NCBI GenBank assembly: GCA_964016885.1
Contig: OZ024741.1
Span: 267,468,001 to 267,532,000, forward strand
From: Eledone cirrhosa
Taxonomy: Eukaryota
Length of the DNA stretch: 64,000 nucleotides
Reading direction: 5' to 3'
This document shows positions 1 to 17,734 of this stretch, piece by piece. Within the stretch, counting starts at the first letter, position 1; the number at the start of each line of letters is the position of its first letter. A program made the position numbers and the translations under genes. Below the pieces are notes generated by a model, which worked only from the letters and a program-made list of their open reading frames with translations, made no database searches and was not told the DNA's origin.

Positions 1-649
1 CAGATATATACGTGTACATAGACGCATACATACAACACATGCACATACATACATATTGATTAGTCTATTTTAGACCACTCAAAAGAATATCAGAAAGGCA
101 CTAAAAAATGTTCTTAGTGCATAACCGAGAAATATAGAATCCTGCAAAATGTGTAATCTCCTAATACTTGCCTCAATTCTAAAACTGAAATCTTCAGAAG
201 TTGTCCACACATGAAATCACATCATGCCAGCTGTCAACCGTGATGTAATATTAGGAAAAGCACTCGATGTTATGCAAATCATCCATCTTCGTTTATGTTG
301 AATCTTGCTGGTGGTGTGAGAATGGAGTTAGTTATTATTGAGTAAAATGACATGAGGCTGGACTTGTGAAATTCTTTCAAAGATTTATTATAGCAAACTC
401 TATGCACATTTCAATGCACGGTACAAAGGTAACCTAAGGGCAGCAGCAACAAACTCCGTCTTGCACCAATGGCCAGCCAACATAGGCTAGAGATAGAATG
501 TGTAGCAACAAGGGGGGGTGCCTCAGCATCGCCTCCGCCAGATGGCTGGAACAGGAAAAAGAGTAAAAGAGTATATATACATATATATATTGCTCTGTTT
601 AATCAGCTCCCGATTATTACTGGAATTCTATAAGAATCCAGCCTCTATA

Positions 650-747
650 ATTCTCAGCAAAGGCAACTGAGTGTGTGGTCTTGATAAACGCTCACAAGCG
701 AGAAACAGACTGTCTGTCAGCCGCTTTCTGTTGTTTTTGCTGAGAAT
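650..747 (+). ncRNA. Putative type-I hammerhead ribozyme, U3-A8 core variant
   Basis: GUGGUC-UUGAUAA-A CGCU CACA AGCG A-GAAA-CAGA CUG UCUG-UC^AGCCGC. It is enclosed by an 18-bp stem (650-667 with 730-747) containing two G-U pairs. Confidence 0.55.
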
Positions 748-922
748 AAGTAAGTAACATAGTCACTACTTTAAAACTAATAGCGAATGGTCTTCTAAAT
801 GTTTTTAATTAAACATACGGTATATTGCCAAATATACTATACATAGATTCATGTATATATCGCTATTTCAGAGCACCAATACTAATACCATATATATATA
901 GATACACACATATATATATATA

Positions 923-1107
923 TGAAGGAGTGTATCTGAGTGGTTAGAGAATTGGATTCACAATCAATGCGTTGTGTCCTTGAGCAAGACACTTTATTTC
1001 ACGCTGCTCCTTCTACCTGGTGTTGCGACCAATAGATAGTATTAGCAATTGGAAAGACCAATGGAAACATTGTTTCCTTGGTCCGATTTGACGAAAGTCG
1101 ATCAAAT
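923..1107 (+). mobile_element. tRNA-derived CORE-type SINE (internally deleted head)
   Basis: A-box-like GAGTGGTTAGAG followed by GTGTCCTTGAGCAAGACACTTTATTTCAC. A homologous, more complete copy lies at 20025-20242. Confidence 0.7.
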
Positions 1108-1108
1108 T

Positions 1109-1160
<52 letters not shown>

Positions 1161-1267
1161 GATATATATATATATAGATATATAGTAATAATAATAAATT
1201 TGAAGACTAAAATCCAAAGAAGGCTCGATAAGGATAAATATATATCAAATATATAAGAACCGTAGAA

Positions 1268-1700
1268 CAAATATTTATTAAAATAACAGATTAAAGTTTA
1301 AGCAAAGAATCGCTGCTTTCACCCTTAACGGGATCTTCTGAAACTAACAAAGTCAATCTGTGAACGCAGAAGTGAATATTTCAAAAAACGTTGCAACCGG
1401 AGGAAGACAGGAAGACGATACTTTTATTGGTGGAAACGTTCCCTGGCAAAGAACGGGAAAAAACGAATATAATACGTCATTATTTGGAGCGGTGAAAAAC
1501 AATTACACGCAAAGACAAAACCACGTATATAAAAGAAGTCGTAGACTAATATTCTCTTAGGTGGTTCATAGAGGCGTTCTCTGGCAATGAACGGAAAAAA
1601 TGAAGATAATACATCATATGTGGAACGTGGAGAATAATTGCACGCAAAGACAAAACCACGTAAATGGTATAACTGAAGTCATAGACTAATTCCGATAAAA
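1268..1700 (-). repeat. Dispersed non-coding repeat with internal subrepeats and a terminal hammerhead-like fold (probably PLE-related)
   Basis: Homologous to 28400-28826, 44305-44515 and 62840-63005. Ends in AATAAA. Confidence 0.7.
1295..1345 (-). ncRNA. Hammerhead-like fold with CAGAAGA core (copy 1)
   Basis: AGUUU-CAGAAGA-U CCC GUUAA GGG U-GAAA-GCA..UGC-UU^AAACU. Confidence 0.5.
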
Positions 1701-1811
1701 CTGGCATCCTATATTAAGTGGAGCGCAGTACTTACCATCAACTACTACATAATGCTGTAACTAAGGATTACCGTAAAACTAATTAGTGCGTCATTAATGA
1801 AATCAACGATG

Positions 1812-1955
1812 CATCTCATTTCTACAGCTGAGTAAACTGGAGCAATGTGAAATAAAGTGTCTTGTTCAAGGAAACAACACATCACCCGGTCTGAGAATTG
1901 AACTCACAACCTTTCGATTGCAAGGCCAATATTCTAACCACTAAGCCATGTGCCT
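1812..1955 (-). mobile_element. tRNA-derived SINE, 5' half
   Basis: Reverse complement reads GGCACATGGCTTAGTGGTTAG (A box)...GTGAGTTCAATTC (B box)...CCTTGAACAAGACAC. Matches the head of 28839-29171. Confidence 0.75.
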
Positions 1956-2201
1956 ATATCTATATCTATATATATATATGTATATATCTATATATATATA
2001 TAGATATATATACATATATAGATATATACATATATATATATATATACATATATATCCATATATATATACATATATATACATATATATATACATATATATA
2101 TACATATATATACATATATATACATATATATACATATATATATATATATACATATATACATATATACATATATATATACATATATATACATATATATATA
2201 C

Positions 2202-2232
<31 letters not shown>

Positions 2233-2245
2233 CATATATATATAC

Positions 2246-2276
<31 letters not shown>

Positions 2277-2277
2277 C

Positions 2278-2325
<48 letters not shown>

Positions 2326-2344
2326 ATATATATATATATACATA

Positions 2345-2345
<1 letters not shown>
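1955..2345. repeat. (TA)n/(TACA) microsatellite
   Basis: Direct inspection. Confidence 0.95.
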
Positions 2346-7007
<4,662 letters not shown>

Positions 7008-7255
7008 ATTTCTTTATTAGCCACAGGGGCACAAAAGAAGGGGACAAATACAAAGGGGGAAGTTTACATACAATAAAAACGTGTAAAATGTTATCACAGA
7101 TGGAATTTAAAAGTTAGTCGATTTTCCCCAATAGAGGGAGACAGTTTATATGGGTAACACAGACCCCCGAAAAAAATGTGCAACCCTCATCTCCAGGAGT
7201 ACGAAGAGCTTGTACTCATTTCCTCTCCTCCTCCTTTTCCTCAACCTACAGGCTG
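7008..7255 (-). mobile_element. 3'UTR-only copy of a Tx1/L1-like LINE
   Basis: Similar to 7298-7540. Ends in AATAAAGAAA followed by TATC/TA repeats. Confidence 0.55.
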
Positions 7256-7297
7256 ATATAGAGTATATATATATAGATAGATAGATAAATAGATATG

Positions 7298-8160
7298 TTT
7301 CTTTTATTTGCCACCAGGGCATCAAAAGTGGGACAAGTCCAAAGGGGGAGTTTACAAAACAGGGCGCCCTCAATAAGGAGGAGGCAATAACAAAATATAA
7401 AAATAAAATAAAATATAACAGAATAGAATTTATAACAAAATCCTCAATAGAGAGGAGGCGCCTTGGGGGGTCGCACACACCCCCGAAAAAAAGTGTGCAA
7501 CCCTTTTCCTCAGGAGCACAGAGAAGGGGTGCTCCCTTGGTCTTTCATCTTCCTCACCTATAGTCTGATGTAGAGTGAAGGCCCATTCACACGGGCCATT
7601 CTCGCCACTTTCACCCATCTTTCATAAAAACGGCTGGGGTGCAGCACCTCTCTCTCCATCCTGATCCTTCTTCCGAAATGATATCGGAAGAAACGGACTA
7701 GTTGTTGGCCAGAGAGAAAGGTGTCTGACCTCAGTCCTTTCAGACGCGTCCACCATACAACCTCTTTCGCCATGGCTATTACGCACAGAAACACCGCCTC
7801 TCCTTCGTTTTTGAAGAGGGGAGGCGGCTTGATCGTTACAATAGACTCGGTGGTCAACCGGATCGGTCCCACCCTTGACAGCTGTTGTTCGACATAGCCC
7901 CACAGATCAGCAATGCCCGAGCAGTGTACCAATGCGTGTGCACACGCATCTGGGGCAGATCTTTTTCGAGGGGTCCCTACCCGGGCGCCCGTATCTGTAG
8001 AGCCTTTCTCGAACGGGCAGAGCCCTTCTGTAGCACTGCCAGGCCAGGGACCTCTGGAAGTTATCCATGGGTCCCGGGCTGAATGTCCTACCGAACAGGT
8101 TGGCCAGTTCGTCTTCCTCCATGCCTAGGGCTTCTCCGAGGGCGTCGTCGCACCTGCTAA
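7298..8160 (-). pseudogene. 5'-truncated Tx1/L1-type LINE (zf-RVT C-terminus plus 3'UTR)
   Basis: [16 protein letters not shown]...ICPRC...HC...LWGYV...KEVVWWTR, typical of the L1/Tx1 ORF2 C-terminus and frameshifted here. Flanked by (GATA)n/(TA)n. Confidence 0.7.
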
Positions 8161-8222
8161 CCAGATAGATAGATAGATAGATATATAGAGATAGATAGAT
8201 AGATAGATATATAGATATAGAT

Positions 8223-8287
<65 letters not shown>

Positions 8288-8820
8288 TAGATAGATATTT
8301 ATAGATATAGATATATATAGATAGATATTTATAGATATATATATATATATATATGTTAGGTAATTCCAAAGGAAAAGCAAAGGAAAAAAGTGCTCTATGT
8401 ATAGAACAGAGCTATTTAATTACAAAATATTACTACTCCATTACCAAAGGTTTTGGGATCACAGACCACAATAATATATGTCTGGATCGTTCGTCAGGCA
8501 GAGATGTTATAGATCAAAGATATGAAATGAGATTTAAAATGTTAAAAATTGGAAGTGAGGCTGGAAAAATAACAGGAAATATACATAAGAAAAGAAGGGT
8601 AAAAAAAATAATATATAAAAAAATAAAAATATATAGCAATATAGAAAAAGACATATGTGTACATACATATAATACACACACATACACACATTCAGGTAAA
8701 GGAAAATATATATATATGTACATATACATACATACATATACACACATATATATATATACATAAACATACATGTACACGGTCATACACATATACATACGCA
8801 TATAAACAGATACCCACACA

Positions 8821-10430
8821 CATCATCATCATCATCATCATCATCATCAGGTTTAGCGTCCGTGTTCCACGCTTGCATGGGTTTGGACGGGGGTTTTCCC
8901 ACTTGAGGCAAGAGTGGTTGTCTTGCTCGCATAGGACTGTCTGGCGGGTTTTCTACAGTTGGATGCCCTTCCTAACACCAACCACATTTACAGTGTGGGG
9001 CTGGGAGGTTTTTACCGTGTTGCCTACACGGCCACATTACAGCGTGGACTGTCTGGCGGGTTTTCTACAGCTGGATGCCCTTCCTAACACCAACCACATT
9101 TACAGTGTGGGGCTGGGAGGTTTTTACCGTGTTGCCTACACGGCCACATTTACAGCGTGGACTGTGTGTTTTTTGTCGTGACACCTACACGATCTCATTT
9201 GTTTCGGCCTGGATGTTGTGGGGCCAACATAACTTTACATTGAAAGGGGCGGTGTGGGTGGGGTGGAGGTGGAGGTGGTGGGACGGGGGTGTGTTTTGAT
9301 AGAGGTGCCTACTGACTGTAGTAGGTTTTTACTTTGTATTTAGGTAAGGCGGGTCTTCTCTATTACTGAGTACCGCCAAAGGTCTCGGTCCAGTGACATT
9401 GTCTTGGAGAGGTGTAAGCGTGTGAGGTCGGAAATTATCAGCTCGTCCCATGTTTTTCTGGGTCTGCCTACTCCGTGGCTACCGTCTATCTTTATTGCCC
9501 TGCACTTTGTTATACAGCTGTCGTCTTTCATGCGCATCACGTGACCGTACCAACGTAGCCTTCTCTCGAGTAAACAACATCTGATCCCTCTTATTTCTAA
9601 TTTTTTCCTTAGTTCGTTTATGCTTTGCCGTTCACGTATATTACTATTGCACATCCAGCGGAGCATGCAAGCTTCGTTCCTCTCTAGTCTGCGTATATCC
9701 TCTGCACACAATGCCCAGGTCTCACTGCCATGCAGCATTGCTGTTCGTATGCAGGCATCGTATAACCTGCCTTTCATTTTTAGGGAGAACCCTCTAGCGG
9801 CTAATAGTGGTATAAGCTCTCTGAACTTTTTCCATCCAGTTCTGACTCTAGCTACTGTACTTTCAGAGCACCCTCCCCCACTGCTGATTTTGTCACCCAG
9901 ATAACGGAAGCTATCCACTATTTCTATAGAACCCTCTGCGCAGTTGAAGGAGCTAGTATTTTGTGGGCACTTGCTGCTACTTATTGCACCAGAGCACCGG
10001 CCACATGTAAAATCTATGTTCTTAGTTAGCTTACCTGTGATCCCACTACATCTTTTATGCACCCATACTTTGCATTTGGGACATAAAATGGAGTTTCTAC
10101 CTACGCCTTTCCTACACACTGAGCATGGCCATTTCCCCGATGGGACCGCCGCCTTATTTTCTTTCCTACAAACTAGAACTTTAGTCTTAGCCAGGTTAAT
10201 TTTAAGGCCTTTTGATTCTAGGCCGTGCTTCCACGTTTGGAATTTCTTCTCTAGTTCGGTCATTGATTCAGCTATGAGCGTTAGATCATCTGCGTATAGG
10301 AGTTCCCATGGGCAGCCGGTCTTGAACTCCTCTGTTATAGCCTGAAGGGCAATAATAAATAGTAGGGGGCTAAGTACAGAGCCCTGATGGACACCAACTT
10401 TTACGCTAAACTCTTCACTATATTCGTTGT
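8821..10430 (-). mobile_element. 5'-truncated RTE family A copy
   Basis: Near-identical to 2345-3943. Open frame from the RT core to the stop at 9340, with a (GAT)n tail. Confidence 0.95.
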
Positions 10431-10634
10431 GTGTAGAGGACCTGCGCAGACTGGAAAGGAATGAAGCATGCATGCTCCATTGGATGTATAATAGTAATAT
10501 GCGCGAACGGCAAAACATAAACGAACTAAGTGAGAAATTAGGAATAAGAGGGATCAGATGCTGTTTACTTGAGAGAAGACAACGTTGGTATGGTCATGTG
10601 ATGCTCATGTATAAAAAAGTGCAGGGCAATCAAA
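10427..10634 (+). repeat. Inverted copy of 11156-11363 joined to the LINE 5' end
   Basis: 208-nt reverse complement, identical by inspection, including a private deletion (encodes VMLMYKKVQGNQ). Confidence 0.9.
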
Positions 10635-10879
10635 CATATAAAAACATATACAGACATATACAAATACATATACACACTTACATATATCACATACATATAT
10701 ATATACACATACATGCATATATACAAAATATATGTATATATGGCACAGACACACTAGTCTGCAAAAACATACGAACACACACACACATATATACACATAA
10801 ATATGAAATATGGAGACGTCACACACATAGGTTATAGATGAATACAATCACATACGCAAAACTACAAATAGATACATGT

Positions 10880-12985
10880 GTCCAGTGGAAGTATAAGCAG
10901 CTTGGAGCAGAGAAAGGGTGGTGTTGGTGGGAGGATGGAGTAGGGGTAGTGGATTGGGGTGTATATTTGGTTAAGAGGTGCCTACTGACTGTAGGTTTCG
11001 CTTTGTACATAGGCAAGGCGGGTCTGTATTACTGCATGGCGCCAAAGATCTCGGTCCAGTGACATTGTCTTAGAGAAGTGCAAGTGTGTAAGGTCGGAAT
11101 TTATCAAACTGTCCCAGGTTTTTCTGGGTCTACCTACTCCGTAACTACCGTCAATTTTGATTGCCCTGCACTTTTTTATACATGAGCATCACATGACCAT
11201 ACCAACGTTGTCTTCTCTCAAGTAAACAGCATCTGATCCCTCTTATTCCTAATTTCTCACTTAGTTCGTTTATGTTTTGCCGTTCGCGCATATTACTATT
11301 ATACATCCAATGGAGCATGCATGCTTCATTCCTTTCCAGTCTGCGCAGGTCCTCTACACACAATGTCCATGTCTCACTACCATGTAGCATTGCTGTTCGT
11401 GTACAGTCTGCTTTTAATTTTTAGGGAGAAACCTTTTGTGGCCAATAGTGGTATAAGCTCTCTGAACTTTTTCCATCCCGTTCTGACACTGGCTACTGTA
11501 CTCTTTCAGAGCACCCTCCACCACTGCTGATCACCCAGGTAACGGAAAGTGTCCACTATTTCTATAGAACCATCTGGACAATAGAAGGAGCTAGTATCCT
11601 GTGGGCACTTGCTACTTATTGCACCTGAGCATCGGCCACATATAAAATCTACGTTCTTAGATAGCTTACCTGTGATCCCACTTCATCTTTTATGTACCCA
11701 TAGTTTGCATTTGGGACATAAAATGGTATTTACCTACTCCTTTCCTATACACTGAGCATGGCCATTTCCCAGAGGGCACATGTGCCCTATTTTCCTTTCT
11801 ACACACTAGAACTTTAGTCTTAGACAAGTTAACTTTAAGGCCTTTTGATTCTAGGCCATGCTTCCTAGTTCAGCCATAGATTCGGCTATGAGAGTTAGAT
11901 CATCTGCGTATAGAAGTTCCCATGGGCAGCCGGTCATAAACTCCTCTGTTATAGCCTGTAGGGCAATAATAAATAGGAGGAGGGCTAAGGACAGAGCTCT
12001 GATGAACACCAACTTTTACGCTAAATTCTTCACTATATTCATTGTTAATTCTAACCTTGCTGACTGTTTCTTTATACGTGGCTTGTATAGCTCTCACAAG
12101 CCATTCATCTACACCAAGTTTTCTAAGAACCCACCATATAATGGAGCGGGGGACTCCGTCAAAGGCTTTCTCCAAGTCAACAAAAGCTAAGTATAGGGGT
12201 TTACTTTTAGCTAGGTACTTCTCCTGAAAGTTGTCGTACAAGGAAAAGAGCGTTTGTGGTACTTTTACCTGACACAAACCCAAACTGCATTTCATCTAGA
12301 TCAATTCACTCTCTAATTAGTTGTGCTATAACTCTTTCTGTGACCTTCATGACCTGGTCAACTAACTTAATGCCTCTATAGTTTCCCCTATCTTGTAGCA
12401 GTTAATGATGATGCTGCTATGCCAGTTATTTGGTTGACCCCATTCTGTATTACTTGGTTTGCTATCCGGGTGACCATAGTATGTCCCACCATTCCAGATG
12501 CTTTCAACATCTCCGCAACTGTCTCCAAAGGCCCAGCTGCCTTGCCTGTCTTCATATCTTTGATTACCTTACTTATTATATTACCTTTAACTTACACCGC
12601 TGGTCCCTCTATTGGATCGATTTGGGGCAGACTATCTTTTTCCCATTTATTCTCCTCGTTTTGTAGTCTCTTGTAGTGACACTTCCAAGCTACCTTCTTA
12701 TCAGTATCAGTGAGGGCAAGTACACCACCATCATTACAGACACACTTCACGGTTTTCCTTGACACATTGTCTAGCAATCCTGAACACCTCACATTTTTGG
12801 TCCTCACGTTGTAGAACATGCTTGAACTTTCTATCCTCTGCTTCTCTTCTTGCAAAGTACACTTGTCTCCTAGTTTCTCTCCTGGCCACTTGATAGTGTT
12901 CTCTACTTCCCCCATCTCGCCATACTTTCCAAGCCTGGTTTTTGGCCTTGATTGTCTCCTCCACCTTACTGTTCCACCACCAAGT
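10880..12985 (-). pseudogene. Older degenerate RTE family A-related copy
   Basis: Frameshifted fragments WWWNSKVEE, FVDLEKAFD, MLHGSETW. Confidence 0.9.
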
Positions 12986-12989
12986 ATAT

Positions 12990-13345
12990 ATTATCATCAT
13001 CATCATTTAACGTCTATCTTCCACGCTAGCATGGGTTAGACGGGAGTTGTCCCACTTGAGGCAAGATTGGTCGGGTGACCGTGTCTCGCTCGTTAGGACT
13101 ATCTAGCAGGTTTTCTACAGCTGGATGCCCTTCCTAAGACCAACCACATTTACAGTGTGTACTGGGAGGTTTTTACCAAGTTACCTGCACGGCCACATTA
13201 CAGCGTGGACTGTGTTTTTTTTGTTGTGACACCTACACGACCTCATTAGTTTGGACTGGATGTTGTGGTACCAACATAACTTTACAGAGAAAGGGTGGTG
13301 TTGGTGGGAGTGGAAGGATGGAGTAGGGTTAATGGGTTGGGGTGT
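12990..13345 (-). mobile_element. RTE 3'UTR-only fragment
   Basis: Homologous to the family A 3'UTR, with a (GAT)n tail and TA flanks. Confidence 0.8.
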
Positions 13346-13406
13346 ATATATATATATACACATATACATATATATAATTATATAAACATATATATATATA
13401 TCACAT

Positions 13407-13437
<31 letters not shown>

Positions 13438-13547
13438 GATATACACACATATACACACACACACATATATATATACATACATATATATACACATATACAT
13501 ATATATATATATATTTACACATATACATATATATATACATGTGTGTG

Positions 13548-13593
<46 letters not shown>

Positions 13594-13709
13594 CATATAC
13601 ATATATACATGTGTGTATATATATATACACAAACACGTATATATATATATACATATATATATATACAATGATATTAAATAAATGGAAACTATATTTATAA
13701 AACCTTATT

Positions 13710-13770
13710 TATTCTATTATATATATTTCAAGGGTACAAAAATTTTGGCACGCTATCATCAGATAAAATA
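13710..13770 (-). ncRNA. Minimal type-I hammerhead in PLE pLTR
   Basis: UAUUUUAU-CUGAUGA-stem II-GAAA-U AUAU A-UA^AUAGAAUA. Confidence 0.7.
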
Positions 13771-15025
13771 CAAAATGTTTTATAAATATTTGACATGACC
13801 AAGGATAATATACCTTAATGGTTCAAGTTATCTCTGGAAAGTGAAGGGAAGAGAGAAGAAAAGTCGGATATTTAAAATTATTAATATGAGTATACAAATG
13901 TTTATATTAAAGGGCTGAAAAAACGTTATTTTAGACGCTATGGAAAATTTGAATAATTATGATAAGGAAGGAAGAGAAAGAGAAAAAGAAAAAGAAAAGA
14001 ATAACGTTAATTTGGTGGAAAAGATTTTTGTTACCTATATTATGAGTTATAAAATTATATGAAGAATTATGGTTGTAAATATTTTTATCTTATTACATTA
14101 GGATAGGTTATATGTATATAAATATCCCTATATCTATTAAGTTTTCGATGCATTGATTGTTTATATAAACAAATATGAGTTACGAAAGATGTTGAAATTT
14201 TATTTTCAAGTTGTGAGATTAGAATAATTTGTGGATTCAAAACTTTCAAGATTGAGAATGTTTTCAGAATATTGTTAATTTAACGAAGCTATATAAAGAA
14301 GAAGGAAAAGGAAGACCACTTAAACGTTAATTTAGGGGAAATATATTCAGACATTTGTCTATATTTATATGGAGAATTATTTATCTTTTTATAATAATAT
14401 ATAAATATCTATATATATATTTTAATAATAGCATATGTATTTTTTTATTAAAAGGATAGTTTGTGTATAATATGAGTTACGAGGGATGTTGATTTATAAA
14501 TTAAAAAAATAAATAGGTGTTTGTTCCTAATATAAGTTACTAGGGATGTTGATTTTATGTAAATAAATAGGTAGTTACAACTGATAAGGTTTAAATTAAA
14601 TTAACGGAGTTATGTATAAAAAGTTTTTATGATTGAAATAAGGAAAGATAACTCCGATTTTTTTTTTATTAATCGCTAGTGTGGGATTAATTGTTTAGTC
14701 TAAAGAAATATGAATATTTAAACATCATCCTGAATAGGATACATTTTACTAAAAACAGTTAATGGTTATTAATCTACATTTAAACATTAGCTTTAGAGGA
14801 ACAATAAAGAATTAAAGAATTTAAAAAAATTAGAATTAGAATTATATAGAAGTACATAAATATATATAAATATCTATACATACACACCTATATATATATT
14901 ATAAGAAATGTTAAAGATATTATGATTTAGAGATATTAATATATTAAAAGTATTAAAAATATAAAATGTTAGAGCAGATAAAATCATTTTGGAGATTAAT
15001 AGGAATATTATAAGCATATTATAAG

Positions 15026-17274
15026 TTACATATAGTTCTGAATGTGGCGATGTCTGCAACAAGTAAATATTTCTGTCCTGAGCTTAATAGAGTTTTTACA
15101 ATTAATTATACCAAAAATTTCTTCAATACATAATTTACAGAATCTTGATAAGGCCGTGTTTTGGAAAGCCAGTGCTTTTGAAATCGTTTCCCAAGATAAT
15201 GAATAGTCTATATTCCTGCTTTTTAAGCTCCATATAAGATGTGAGAGGGTAGTAGAATATTTTTTATCTGATCTTCTAAAAGAAGGATTGTGGTTATTCC
15301 AGCGAAGTTTAAATTCTGTAGAAGTGGCACCGACATAGTTGAATATATTATCACTAGTTTTAACTGTACATTTATAAACTATGTTTTTATCTAAACACTT
15401 ATTTTGTAAAGGGCAGTTTGACTTGATTCTACAGTTACATTTTACGGAGTTGTTGTTGCTCAGAACGGTACTATTATACTGGATTTTGCTAGAAATATTA
15501 TTATTGCTATTATGGTTATTTGGGTTAGGGTTTAAATTTAAGTTTCTATTATTAATTCTATTTATGTTTTGTGCTATGTTCATAGTAGTAGAGTAGGATA
15601 GTTTTATAGTATGTCTGTTAAAGATTGAGTGGTATCTGTGGGTTTTAGGAAAACATTTGTCTAGTGCTTTAAAGAATAGCTTTGCTAAAGGTGTTTTAAT
15701 GCTTAATGATAATGGGGGTGAGTACCAAATAATATTTCTAGTTCTAGTTCTTTTATTTGTTTTAGAGTTTAAGTTAAATTGTTTATTCTTATTATAATTA
15801 ATAGTAGCGTGATTTGTCTTATTATCGTTGTCAATGTATTTAATTTTATTCGTATACCCTGCTCTATTTAAAGCTTCATTATAATATTCAGCCTTATCCT
15901 CAAAAATATTTTTATTAGCAGAGATGCGTGAAATTCGTTGCTGGACGCTGTTGACAATAGTGTTCTTAATAGATCTAGGATGATTACAGTTAAAACTTAC
16001 GTAATTTAGATTCTCATTAATTTTATGGAATGGATAGTAGAGCCCTGTGCTAACGTTTAATGTTACGTCTAAAAAGTTAACGATTTTATAGTTATTCTCT
16101 ATTTCTAACTTGAGTTATAATTATTGAAGAATTGTATTATGGATTTTCTTCTCCTATTAATTTCACAATTACTATGGGTTTTCAATTAAAAATAGCATAT
16201 CATCACAATATAAACCACCGGTCATCTCTGGCGTTTTTCTATGCAGTGTATTATTAATAAATAAGCCCACAAGATCCGTTATTTGCGCCGAGTCAGATGA
16301 TCCCATGGTGATATCAAAATTATTTTTTCTATCGGCTCTTGTCCAGAGATGATTGTTGAATTCAATTAAAGTTTTCCGTGCAGTTAAAATGATATGAATT
16401 TCTTCACTAGATAAATATGTATGTTTAGATGCATAGATAAGAGCCCTATTAAGTAAACTAGGAGTAATAGAGAAGTAGTAATTTGCAATATCCATTTGAA
16501 TGAATTTTTTGTTATGTTTAAATTGTATGTTATTGAACCAATCTATAACCTCATTAGTACCGTTCCATAGTTTTAGGTGTGATTTTTCTTTAAGTTGCAG
16601 TATGATTCTATCTAATATATGTTTACTAATTATGCCTAAGTCTGATTTAGATGGTGCTATAAGTTAGACTGGTAGTTCTATTTCAAAGTCTCTTTTGTGG
16701 TCTTTCAGGTTAATTTTCGGTCTTCTAGGTATAAAGGGTTCAGTCCTATTTTGGATGCCTAAGTTATGAATTATTTTGGAAGCTTCTCTATTTAACGTTG
16801 CAAGATCTACATTAGTTGTTATTCTGTAGTTTTTTTCTGAGTTCCTTCAATATAAGATTGTTGTATTCATCCCTTTGCATTCCGTATAGATTGTTAGTTT
16901 TATCAGATTTTATTAGGATCTTCTCTGTTTTTTCAAGATTGTCTATATTATTCTTGACGCCTTAAAGGTATTCCTGGCCTACAAATTGGTTTTTCTTGAA
17001 TTTGATGTTTTGTATAATCGATATTACTTCCTTTTCAAATTCCGTTAATAGTTTGTTGCTAGGTGGATTTTTTTTTAGATTTGAAGATCATATCAAAGTT
17101 GTAACTGGATTTATTTATTTTTTCTGATTTTCTATCGAAATGTAAGTCTTCGTATAAAGGAAATGTAAGTCTTTGTATAAAGAAGTCAGATTTCTCAATC
17201 AGTTGTTTTAGATACTCATTATTCTTAGGTAAAAGTACATCTTTCAGAAAGGAAGAAATCCTAAAGAATTCCAT
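15026..17274 (-). pseudogene. PLE RT/GIY-YIG ORF, disrupted
   Basis: DIANYYFSI, FDITMGSSDSAQITDLVG, GGLYCDD; CNC..CPL..C; IVYKC..YVGAT..FKLRWNNH; CKLC..CCRH. Confidence 0.85.
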
Positions 17275-17464
17275 TATTTATCAATCAGTTATAATTTAAA
17301 GTGCTCAACATTAAAGGAGCTATTTATATGTAGAAGAGATATTTAATTTGTTGGAAATCCAACAAATATAGATATTTATAACTGATTCAAAGCACTCAAC
17401 AGTTTTCTGGAGTAAGTATTCAATGATATTAAATAAATGGAAACTATATTTATAAAACCATATT

Positions 17465-17526
17465 TATTCTATTATATATATTTCAAAGGTATAAACATTT
17501 TTGGTATGCTATCATCAGATAAAATA
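17465..17526 (-). ncRNA. Minimal type-I hammerhead in second PLE pLTR
   Basis: Same core and stems I/III as 13710-13770; stem II is weaker. Confidence 0.65.
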
Positions 17527-17734
17527 CAAAATGTTTTATAATATTTGACATGACCAAGGATAATATACCTTAATCGTTCAAGTTATACCTGGAAAGTGAA
17601 GGGAAGAGAGAAGAAAAGTCAGATATTTAAAATTATTAATATGAATATGCAAATGATGTTTATATTAAAGGGCTGAAAATTTTTTATTTTAGACACTATA
17701 TTCGTTGGATTTCCAACAAATTAAATATCTCTTC

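Noticed and set aside
9340-10518. 392-aa ORF as a novel fusion protein
   Set aside because: The N-terminus is antisense captured LINE sequence that happens to be in frame with a truncated RT; no promoter or other support.
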